Of a stretch of 64,000 bases of DNA, positions 1 through 10,880 are shown one piece after another. Below the pieces are notes generated by a model. That model saw only the letters and a list, made by a program, of their open reading frames with translations. It did not search any database and had not been told where the DNA came from. Source of the DNA: Albugo candida (lineage: Eukaryota). Where the stretch lies: the NCBI GenBank assembly GCA_040437565.1, contig JBDOQK010000013.1, positions 62,001 to 126,000 on the forward strand. Reading direction: 5' to 3'. The position numbers and the translations under genes were made by a program. The stretch's first letter is position 1, and each line of letters starts with the position of its first letter.

Positions 1-747
1 GCCACTGCATACAAAGATACATACACGAAAGCGCACTCAGTGCTGACTCCGAAGTGAGTTCGGTGTCGAGTGGTGGACATCCATATGGTCTCAATGACTG
101 CGCCAGTACCAAAAGCCATCGCGAAACAGAGGTCGTCTCTGTAGACACGTTGACACATGATCAAGTAGTGGTACATGACGACTCCAATGAAGAAGATGAT
201 CTCATCGAACTTTTTGAAATTCGCAATTTACTGGTTGACGAACCGAGTATTGAACCATCTCATTTTGAACAAGCATGGGTGAACGGCTCTACGATGTATG
301 AGGCTTTCATCACTTGTGTTGTAAACGACGTTTAATCGTTCTTGCATTGCGTAGTGGAACTATCGGTTATGAAATCAATGTCGTTCCGACAAAGGAGCAC
401 ATCATCCGTATCATGAAGGACAATGCGCTTAGCTGCCTTGCAAGTGGATGTGTAGATGGAGCATACAAGTTTTATTTCTATTCTGAATCGGTGAGTAGCG
501 TTACGCCATTTCTTCGCTGTACATGGCCTCATATCCGGATCTCTAATTGTAGCGAGAATTAAAGAGCGCTTTTTGTGTCGAGTTGTTCCTTGACAGCAAC
601 ACCGCACAAGTGCACAGCACGATGAAGCGATTCAGCGTACAGGAATCGGCCATCTCGGACGAGCTGTCACAGGAACAAGTGGATGCCAGTTTTATTTGCC
701 ACATGGAAGAAATTTTGATGCAAAATCTGGATATTGTGCGAGTGTGA
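1..747 (+). CDS. 3' end of a beta-adaptin-like gene (probably AP-4 beta), appendage C-terminal subdomain; spliced and 5'-truncated by the window
   Basis: Exon translations PSHFEQAW, MKDNALSCLASGCVDGAYKFYFYSE and FCVELFLDSNTAQVHSTMK resemble the beta-adaptin appendage platform (FxxxW...CIASG...KFFFF). Short GT-AG introns; TGA at 745-747. Confidence 0.6.
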
Positions 748-1093
748 CCGAACGGCAAACATCCGATGCAAAAATCCAATATCCACACGCTGACAGAAGC
801 GAATGAAAATGTCATTACATCGCAGCGTTCCTTGTCAATGGACAAAACAAAGAGCTACAGAATACGGTATAGATCATCCTTAAATGGATGACACCTTCGT
901 GAATTGTGCATTTAAACGAATTTTGGATGACAGGACACCTGCGTCTGTTGCATAGAATCTTAACCAACCATTAATCTTATTCCCTCTGATCTTCATTACT
1001 CGACATATCCAAAATTCTGCAGCAGTCACTGAGTAAACTCCGCTGTACAAAACCGATCTTTTTTGACTTTTGAGCTCTCTCGTCATTAACTCT

Positions 1094-4000
1094 ATGCCCA
1101 ATCAGAGTTCCCATTCGATTCTGCCGCTCGTTAAAGACGGAAAATGCGTATCTTCTGATCAGGACGTTCCTTCCTTGACATTCTCACAAGGACGTCAAGA
1201 ACATCAACAGACTAAGCGATTCCTCTTTTTCCTCGTACCAGCATTGGATGTTACTTCTGAAACCACCAATTTTATCCTTCAGGCGCTTCGAAGCACTGCC
1301 GGTGTGAATTTGGTGCAATTGGATGCGTATGAAAATTTGATGCAGATTGAGATAAATCAGCACGAATTGCTAGATCCTTCCATCAATTGGGACACCCGTC
1401 TTGCTGAGATTATGGAGAAGGCTGATATCACGAATTCGACGACCGCGTACCCTGTTTGGAAGCATCGAGATCGTGTTGTACTGCTCAAGATCGACGGCAT
1501 GCAATGCATGAGAAATTGTGGCACACAAGTGATCCAAGCGCTCGAGCCTATCCCGGGTGTACTAGATATTCATGTCGATTCAAAAACCAAAATGGCAGCA
1601 ATCACTTTGGCTAAAGGATGCACAGTTACGGCTGTGGATTTGATAAAATGTATCCGAGCCAAAAATGCTCGTTTTGATGCGTTTTTGTGTTCGGAAAACG
1701 AAAAAGTTGTGCAGTCCACCGGAGCAGTATTACTTCGCATCCATGGAATGAACAAAGTAAATGGCGGAGCTGTGATGGTCCAAAAAGCACTTGAGAAAGT
1801 AGAAGGAGTCCTTACTGTCACAGTGGATGGAAAACATAAACGTGCGACTGTGTTACTGAAGACAGGAAGCCAAGTTTCCGTTAAAAAGTTGATTCAGGCT
1901 GCGAACAGGCTTGATGAAGCCATCCAAGCTTCTTTATTTCAGCCTTTTAGTGCGTCAAGGAAGGTGGTGCTGGAGACTCAAGGTGATTTGACTCAGTATA
2001 AAGATAAGATTGAAGAAGCTTTACTTGATGAGATCGGAGTTAGTGACGTCGTCGTTGATACTAATAGCTGCCGCGTCACAGTCTCATTAGAACTTGGAAG
2101 TCGTTTGAATGAACAAAATGTAATTGAAATCATTGAAAGCGTGCATCCCAAGCTTCAGGCCGATGTAGTTGTTACTCCTTCTGAAGTATCCATCAAAGCT
2201 TTAGCAATCACTGGAATGACCTGTGCCAAGGGCTGCGCTAGAAAGATTGAAAAAACTCTCTGTAATCTTCCTGGAGTCAAAACAGCAGCGGTTGATTTCA
2301 AATCAGGTCGAGCTTCAGTGCATCTCACGTCACCGAGCAGCTTGACGGACTCTGAGCTCATTCAAGCCGTGAAATCTGCTGGAGCAAAGTTCGATGCAAC
2401 TGTTTGTAGATCGAATATCTTCCAACTACAGCTATCCAACTCGACCTGTTCTTCCTATTCAGCTCAAGAAATCACCGATATAATTCTCAAATGTCCGGGA
2501 GTACAACAAGCCGAAGTGAATCTACATCAAAGACGAGCGCTTNNNNNNNNNNNNNNNNNNNNNNNNNNNNNNNNNNNNNNNNNNNNNNNNNNNNNNNNNN
2601 NNNNNNNNNNNNNNNNNNNNNNNNNNNNNNNNNNNNNNNNNNGCAGCGGTTGATTTCAAATCAGGTCGAGCTTCAGTGCATCTCACGTCACCGAGCAGCT
2701 TGACGGACTCTGAGCTCATTCAAGCCGTGAAATCTGCTGGAGCAAAGTTCGATGCAACTGTTTGTAGATCGAATATCTTCCAACTACAGCTATCCAACTC
2801 GACCTGTTCTTCCTATTCAGCTCAAGAAATCACCGATATAATTCTCAAATGTCCGGGAGTACAACAAGCCGAAGTGAATCTACATCAAAGACGAGCGCTT
2901 GTTACGGTAGAAGCCGATTGTGGCAGAAGCGCGCAAGATATGATAGACTGTGTACGTCAGGCACATCCCGATTTTGTGGCGTGTATGGATGGTGAACGTG
3001 ATATTGAATCTCAATCATCAAAATCAACTATAAAGTCAGAGTCTGAGGCCAAGGACAATGGTGTAGACGCTCATTCGGAAGTCGTCATTTCGATTCCCGA
3101 AAATGGCGAAAATGACACTTTGAGAGACGATATCGATGAAGTGATTCTTTTGATCGGTGGAATGACTTGTAACTCATGTGTTCACTCGGTGGAAAGTTGT
3201 CTTCAACAATTACGAGGCGTTGTCTCCGCGTCAGTTAATTTTGCAACGGAAAAAGCTATCGTGAGATTCAATAAGCAGATCATTGGGATTCGAACACTTA
3301 TTGAAGCCATCGATGCAATAGGCTATGAAACATCTTTCAATCCAGAGACCGATTTGCAGAAAGCCCGTGATGATCAGCGTTCACGGGAGATAACCCGCTT
3401 TCGTGACGATTTCTTTGTATCCATCTTGTTCACTTTTCCAATTATTCTCATCATGATGGTTTTTGGGAACATACAAGTCATCAATCGTGGGTTGATGACA
3501 CCGCTTTTGCGGGGTCTGAATTGGATGTCGCTTATGCTACTCATTCTCGCAACTCCTGTTCAATTCTATTCAGCTCGTCGATTTCATGTCGACGCGTACA
3601 AAGGCTTACGAAACAGTGTGTTAGGAATGCCATTTCTCATCTCAATGGGCTCGAATGCTTCATATTTCTATGGGGTCTTTAGTGTCATTCGAAGCATTGT
3701 CTTGGACGATTGTAGCCTCTCGTCTCCGGATATGTTTATGACAGCATCTATGCTGGTGACGTTTGTGATCCTGGGAAAATGGCTGGAAGCAATTGCTAAA
3801 GGAAAGACATCAGAAGCATTGAGTAAACTGCTCGATTTACAAGTGAAAACAGCGACTTTACTTATTATGGATGAGGCACAAAAACGCGTTGTCGAAGAAC
3901 AAGTTGTGTCGATTGAATTGGTTCAACGTGGAGACATTCTTAAAGTCGTGCGTGGATGTGGCGTACCAGCAGATGGAGTCATCGTATATGGAGAAGCTCG

Positions 4001-5558
4001 ATTAGATGAATCAATGCTCACAGGAGAGTCAAAATTAGTGAAGAAGGGCGTCAATGATGCTGTTATGGGTGCGACAATAAACGCTGATGGCCTCTTCCAT
4101 ATGAGAGTAACAGGAGTCGGGAATGACACCACGCTGAGTCAGATCATTCGTCTGGTTGAGAATGCTCAGACTTCAAAAGCACCTATCCAAGCTTATGCGG
4201 ATTATGTGGCCTCGATTTTTGTTCCAGCGGTTTTGCTGATATCTTGCGCTACATTTGTCGTATGGTATGTTGGATGCTTGATGCACTTGATCCCTCAGTC
4301 TTGGATTCCACCGACAGACAGCGAGTTTGTATTTTCTTTTAATTTCGCTATCGCCACATTAGTCGTTGCCTGCCCATGTGCACTTGGACTGGCAACACCA
4401 ACTGCAGTCATGGTAGGAACAGGTATAGGGGCAGAACATGGCGTTTTGATCAAAGGAGGAGGACCTCTAGAGGTCGCTCACAAGGTGAATACAATACTGT
4501 TCGACAAAACAGGAACACTGACAGCCGGTCAACCAGTTGTGACAGACTTTGTGGTGTCGAGCAAAGAGTACTCGGCAGAGAAATTGATTTCTTTGGCTGG
4601 ATCCGCGGAGCTTGGCAGTGAGCATCCACTAGGAAAGGCAATTATCGATTACTCGCGATTTATTTCGACTAAATTGGAACAACCAGATTTCTTTGAAGGA
4701 ATTTCTGGTCGTGGTATCCGATGCAATGTCGGTTCTGACCGTATTGTCATTGGGAACAAAGAGTGGATAAAAGAAAATCAGCTGCAGAGACAAGATAGTA
4801 TTATGTTGCAACAAGCAGTTTTGTCTTTCCAGGACGCTGGGAAAACATCAATCTATATGGGCGTAAACGGAAAATTAGTAGCCGTCTTCGGCATTGCCGA
4901 TGCTCCTCGACCGGAAGCTCTCTACACTTTGGCGATGCTCAAACGTATGGGATTAGAGATTTGGATGGTGACGGGTGACAACAAACAAACAGCTTATACA
5001 ATCGCTCATCAATTAGGTATCGAACAGAGTCATGTGATTGCCGAAGTAATACCTTCAGAAAAAGCTTTGAAAGTAAGTGAGTTACAGCTCGAAGGACGTA
5101 TCGTCGCAATGGTTGGCGATGGGATCAATGATTCTCCGGCACTTGCTCAAGCCAATTTAGGCATCGCGATTGGAGCAGGGACCGAGATCGCTGTGGAGAC
5201 CGCAGGAATGGTTCTGATGAAGTCTAATCTCTTTGACGTCATCACGGCTCTGGATCTATCCTGCACAATTTTCAATCGAATCCGACTGAATTATGTATGG
5301 GCTCTGGGATACAATTGTCTCCTGATACCACTTGCTGCTGGTGTTTTCTTTCCGTTTGGTTTCCGCATCCCTCCCATGTTTGCTGGTGCTGCAATGGCTC
5401 TTTCATCAATCTCGGTAGTTGCATCATCTTTATCATTGCGATATTATCAACCTCCGATTGTGGAAAAGATCACAGCATCAGAAAATAGACAGCACACAAT
5501 CGTATTTAGAAATTCGACGGAGACAACACCCTTATTATCGCAGAAATTATCGCCATAA
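1094..5558 (+). CDS. P1B-type copper-transporting ATPase with about 7 N-terminal HMA-like repeats; ~2285-2542 is repeated after the gap (assembly overlap)
   Basis: Motifs TGES, CPC in the transmembrane segment, DKTGT, SEHP, TGDN, GDGINDSP, YN and MALSS (Cu+ type). HMA motifs GMTCNSC, GMTCAKGC and GMQCMRNC. Confidence 0.95.
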
Positions 5559-5942
5559 GTCAATTCGTTGGCAATTTGGAGTCTGTTTATAATCTGATAA
5601 TCGTACAGGCGAATGACATGCATTCCAATCTCCATACGAGACGCATTCTGCTCGAGCTGCAAGAGTGTTTGGCAATTACCGAGAAAGGACAAGTCTTTCA
5701 AGTAGCATTCGAAATTTGAAAGTGAACAGGTTCGCTAACGGATCCTTGTAGCTCTTCGTAGCCTTTCTACGTTCAGCAAAGCCCACGTCGTCAACGTTTT
5801 GAATCGAAATCGCAAGGGAATGCTTTTGGATCACACAATAGGCACAACTGAATTCGAATACCTGAGTAAAATTACACTTTCTCGCATCATTTCAAGCACA
5901 ACTCGTTCACTTTTCAACACTCTTTGTGAAAAGAACGTCTGT

Positions 5943-7039
5943 ATGAATATGGTAGCAGATACAACGTCACTTGAAGGCGCTCCAAATGACCTTGATTCGA
6001 TATTGAGGAATACTTACTCGAACGAGCTCGATGGTGCTGCGATTTTATCGTCCGCTGAATCTTACATTGACACTCTGTACTCCGCCACCGAACGGAAGAG
6101 CATCGATGTCGAAACCGAGTGGCACCGTGGCATGTAAGTAGTATAAGAACTCGTCTGGAAACAGATTGTAATTGAATGTCACTTTGCTGTAGCTTGAATG
6201 GAACAGAATGGGACGAAGTGCTACAAACAATTGAGATGCTGGAACATCCAACATCACCGGTTATCAATGACTGCGTGGACGGTGTTTTTAACGAGGAACT
6301 TGAAGTGACCGGCTTGGAGTTTTTGCAGAGCCCAATGATTAGCACCAAGTCCAACTTCTCTCTGACTTGCACGAAAGAAGAAAAATCGAGCAGTTTGCCC
6401 TCACTGCAAACACTGGATCCATTTGATTCTGCTTTTACGAATAACAGCAGAGACGATGACTCATCATCTCTTCGCATTCAATTCAGATTGCGAGCACAAC
6501 GAACCAATGACGATTTTGGCACAAAGGCTCGAAAAGCAAGCCGAATTTTGGATTTTGACGAGGGAAAAGACATGGACGAGTCCAATATGAAATCGTTTAA
6601 AAGGCTGCGCAAAAGTGGCCGCAAAGGATCGTCCATGCGTCGACGAGGCAAATTGGACCGCAAATCCAAGATTTGTTGCATGGACGGGTGTACAAAAGGT
6701 GCGCGTAGTAAGGGATTATGCAAGCGCCACGGTGGCGGAAAACGATGTACGCATCCAGACTGCACGCGCAGCGATCAAGGAGGTGGATTTTGTATCGCAC
6801 ATGGAGGAGGAAGACGCTGTGCGATTCCACATTGTAAAAATTCAGCTCAATCTCGGGGATTATGCAAAAGTCACGGCGGTGGGAAACGTTGTGGTGTAGA
6901 AGGGTGTATCAAAAGTAGCCAAGAGGGTGGCGTTTGTAGAGGACATGGTGGCGGCAAAATTTGCAAGATTATCCAATGTACGAGACCGCGAGCGAGTCGA
7001 CAAAAGTATTGCCTCTTACACATGGAAATGAGCTTTTAA
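5943..7039 (+). CDS. Protein with C-terminal WRKY19-like zinc-finger repeats (C-x4-C...GxCxxHGGG); start codon uncertain
   Basis: Four to five tandem CxxxxC...GLC/GFCxxHGGGKRC repeats follow a basic NLS-like stretch. Intron 6134-6192 (GTAAGT...TAG) joins ORFs 5799-6137 and 6176-7039 in frame. Confidence 0.8.
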
Positions 7040-7209
7040 GCTGAACGTCACATACAGCAATCCGCGGTCATTCTGTTGTATCCGCACGTGCTGCTGTATC
7101 TCAATAATCCACAAATATATTCGATATTATGTTAAAAAGCGTTTATAATGACTTCTTATCGACTGATTAGATACGCTTCATGTGACCAAAGTACGCGCGA
7201 CCTGAAAGG

Positions 7210-8280
7210 ATGCAGCAAGAGATCATCACGTTGTTCCTGGCTCTGACTCTCAGTGTAAAGCAATAAAGTAATGCTATTATCGAGCGTATGATAATTTGCG
7301 ATTGCAGGCAATGTCCATCACTCTTCGAGTTAAGGGAAGTGAGTTATATCAACAGGTTCGATTTCGTGCATTTTTCTCTATATATCTTTTCGCTATATTT
7401 TTACAGGAATCATGGCGAATACTACTGGGAGTGGTACTATTTTTGACTGGATCGATTGTCGAATTCATTACACTTGGGTATGCGCATACTCCTATCGACC
7501 TTGGAAGAGTATTCGGAGCTGAGACGAGATGAAAAGGCTCATAAATCTAGCTCTAGCAATCGCGACGAACGGACTTATGTTTTGTTTGATCGAGAAACGA
7601 TGGACTGGAGTATGCGATTTAATTCGAATGTGATCATCGGCCTCACCTTTCTGAGGGTAGGATTTCAATAAGGACCTGACGAAAACAGCTGGATGCCTTT
7701 TAGTACTATCAGCGGGATTGTTGATGCTTTCATTCAATAAGAGACCCGTAACAAGTTTATTGACGACGAGAAGCTACATGCACTCGAGCTCTTGGCTGAT
7801 GCTCCGCAACGTGTCAGTCACTGCCGCAGCTATGATTGTAGTCGCCGGCTGGACTATGCGCAAACCCATCNNNNNNNNNNNNNNNNNNNNNNNNNNNNNN
7901 NNNNNNNNNNNNNNNNNNNNNNNNNNNNNNNNNNNNNNNNNNNNNNNNNNNNNNNNNNNNNNNNNNNNNNGTAGGATTTCAATAAGGACCTGACGAAAAC
8001 AGCTGGATGCCTTTTAGTACTATCAGCGGGATTGTTAATGCTTTCATTCAATAACAGACCCGTAACAAGTTTATTGACGACGAGAAGCTACATGCACTCG
8101 AGCTCTTGGCTGATACTACGCAACGTGTCAGTCACTGCCGCAGCTATGATTGTAGTCGCCGGCTGGACTATGCGCAAACCCATCGACGCATCTCAATTGT
8201 TTCTCAGTGAGAGAGAAAAGTCGGCACCCGGATCAAATCGAGATGAAGTGAGCAAAGGCACCTTGATTTCCCTGATAGAT
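7210..8280 (+). CDS. Small multi-exon membrane protein of unknown function; partly duplicated across the gap
   Basis: Hydrophobic exon translations (WRILLGVVLFLTGSIVEFITLG; AGCLLVLSAGLLMLSF; VSVTAAAMIVVAGW) separated by GT-AG intron-like segments. Boundaries are approximate. Confidence 0.35.
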
Positions 8281-9070
8281 ATGGAAGGATCGAACTACAC
8301 CATTTGTAAATATGAGTATGCTATAGCTGCAATCACAGGTGCATGCAGTCTTTCATTTGAAAAGGTTAGTACTTTGCCGCATAGTGTTCCTTATACCAAC
8401 TGTCTCTTACATTGCAGTGCATTTCAGACAGAACACTCGGTCAGCACGCAATATCGAACCCTTCCTTATATTTGCTGTCTTCATGGCTTCTACTTGCATT
8501 ATTGCAAATTCATTATATGCGAAAGGCTTTCTTGTCAGCAGCTGCCATAGAATTCTGGAGTTTCGAGTCCAAAAGAGCCAAAAATCTTTTCTTGTATTAC
8601 TACATGTACATTTACATATGTGTACGTTTACCTTGGTCGCGTCGTATTTCTATCACTGAATCCTTTTCTGTAAAATCAGTTTGGTTCACTATTGAGCCTG
8701 CTTGCTTTCAGCGAACACCGCACGAATGTTGCTTCCAGCTTGCTTGGAATCGGATCCCTAGGTAACAATGCACGCAAAATCCGCACCTACAAAACCTGAC
8801 GACAAGCAGTGTGTTTGTGTGGGTTGACATATCTGAATCCGCAGGAAGATGATCAGGATATGACGCAACTGGTAGAGGCTTCAGAAAGACTACTGGTAGA
8901 AGAGTACGATGAATCTTTGGAAGGGAGCAATCATTTCATAGATACAAAGCAAGAAATGCGTGGGTATCATCCTCCAATTCGCTTCAAATTGATGTAGATA
9001 AGTTCCAAATTTAGGAGTATCGATATGAGACATTCTATTTGCCAACTCGTATAAATTTTCAAAGTTCGGT

Positions 9071-9450
9071 ATGAGCGTGTATGATCGACGAGATGAAGGC
9101 ACGACAACAGTGACACGAGTGTCCGCAGAGGAGCAAACTGAGGCAAATCCAGCGTACAATTTACGTCTCTATCCGCGCGCTCACGTCCGATTCGATGAGA
9201 GCGTGATTGATAATGAGCATCTCGGACGCAAAAAGTCAAAAAGTATGTTAGTTTTCAGAGCCACCTTATAGCGCTATCATTATTTTGTTTGCTAGAATGC
9301 TGTATTTTTCACAAAAAGAGAAATTATAACGAAAGTTCTAGTGAAAGCGATGACGAGAGCTCAGATGGTGGGGTGAATAAAAGCAGAAATCGTCAACAGA
9401 CGAAAACTCCATCTCAAACCTGTCAGTGTAACAATGCCACAAAGAAATAA
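9071..9450 (+). CDS. YPI1: Protein phosphatase 1 inhibitor-3 / Ypi1 (PPP1R11 family), two exons
   Basis: HVRFDESVIDNEHLGRKKSK joined across an intron (~9244-9295) to CCIFHKKR...ESSSESDDESSD is the inhibitor-3 signature. TAA at 9448-9450. Confidence 0.9.
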
Positions 9451-9658
9451 TGCAACCGCCAAGTCATTTGCATACGTTCATAATAAGGTTAATTTGTATG
9501 GGTAATCCGCCAGTCCCCTCCGTTCAAACACCGAAAATCATCAGAAAAAGCTAGTTGTGTCTGCTCTCAAACCGACGGCGCGTAGTAACGCTTTTAGAGT
9601 GATAATTATACCAGCAGTGTACTATCTCACTTTATCCTCTTTCACGCTGCAAGTAGGC

Positions 9659-10717
9659 ATGTACATTCACCCAAATTTGGGTCACCGCTATAGTCTATCT
9701 CAAGCATCCTCCTCGATTGCGTCATCTTATTCAATCCCGTCCTTGTTAGAATCTACGTCTTTCGATAGTGTTCACACATCCAATCCGATCGCGGTGAGAG
9801 AAGCTTTTGAATCCTTCGGTGCCGACTTTTCTAGGAGATCATCCAATTCGGCCATCACCGCAGGCAGTATTACTAGTCCGCTTTTCTTAGGTCTACACCG
9901 AGTTCTACATTCTAGTGCTCCTAATCCCATAAGGGCAGCCTCTTTGGGAATGACGACAGTAACATCTACCATAGCTAGAAACAATGCCCACTCAAATACA
10001 ATGCGCACATTTGGTGCTATCATATGTCGCGATTGCCTCTACTTGGAATTTCCAGGATGCGATATTCACGGAATGTTGTACTGTGAACGAGTTATTTTGG
10101 AGGTTGACGATTCTGCGGAAAATCGTTTCCGCGATCAAATTCCTGATAACTCAAACTTTGCATCGGAAAGGCACTCTAATCAACAACACGCAAAATGTGC
10201 GAAATGTGCAGCAGCTACCAATAATGTTCGGCCTTTTCGCGATGGATGCCGACGATGTAAAGGATCAACAAGTGTTCACATGTGGAACACATCACAACAG
10301 GAACTTGCAAAGGCCTTTGAGGCATTTCCGTCACAATTGGAAGAGATACATCACACAGTTCTTGTTTGTGAATTTTGTCAGAGTGTTATATTTCCTCGCG
10401 CACTTGACCAGCTGACACAACGTACTGATCGACACGTGCTGACAATATTGAACTCGGGGAAGCCACTCCAAATATCTAATTATCAGCTGAATATGCCACA
10501 TGTTGACGGATGCCCACGAAAAGGAATGCCATTACAAGGAACTGCAATACATTTACCAAAAGGAGAACTCAAATTCGCATACGATCGAATCCAGGATTGT
10601 CCAATTCCAGATAGTATTCGAACGGAAATTCAGTATCAGAAGAGAGACATCGAAGTTGTGGCGACCCAGAATCATCTGCAACAGGTTTACCACCTACACT
10701 CAAATCAAATTCGATGA
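9659..10717 (+). CDS. Hypothetical protein with a Ser-rich N-terminus and several CxxC pairs
   Basis: Intronless ~350-aa ORF containing CRDC, CAKC, CRRC and CEFC. No family recognised. Confidence 0.55.
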   Translation: MYIHPNLGHRYSLSQASSSIASSYSIPSLLESTSFDSVHTSNPIAVREAFESFGADFSRRSSNSAITAGSITSPLFLGLHRVLHSSAPNPIRAASLGMTTVTSTIARNNAHSNTMRTFGAIICRDCLYLEFPGCDIHGMLYCERVILEVDDSAENRFRDQIPDNSNFASERHSNQQHAKCAKCAAATNNVRPFRDGCRRCKGSTSVHMWNTSQQELAKAFEAFPSQLEEIHHTVLVCEFCQSVIFPRALDQLTQRTDRHVLTILNSGKPLQISNYQLNMPHVDGCPRKGMPLQGTAIHLPKGELKFAYDRIQDCPIPDSIRTEIQYQKRDIEVVATQNHLQQVYHLHSNQIR

Positions 10718-10880
10718 CTCACACACTGTAGATCTACTTGGGTTTATTCAAAAGCTTGCTGCTTTCAGCTGATCCAGAGAAACATGATATAATTGAGCCA
10801 CTTAGAAAGGTTGACAATTTTGCTGCCTTAGTAACAAATGGTTCACAGATAGTATGAGATAGATACGAGATTTACTAGGG

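Noticed and set aside
2285..2902. Apparent tandem duplication of HMA domains, or two separate ATPase ORFs
   Set aside because: Identical sequence lies on both sides of a 100-N gap. The same pattern recurs at most of the 13 gaps (e.g. 19512, 21158, 28889, 47680, 50214, 60392, 61314, 63120), so it is an unmerged contig overlap.
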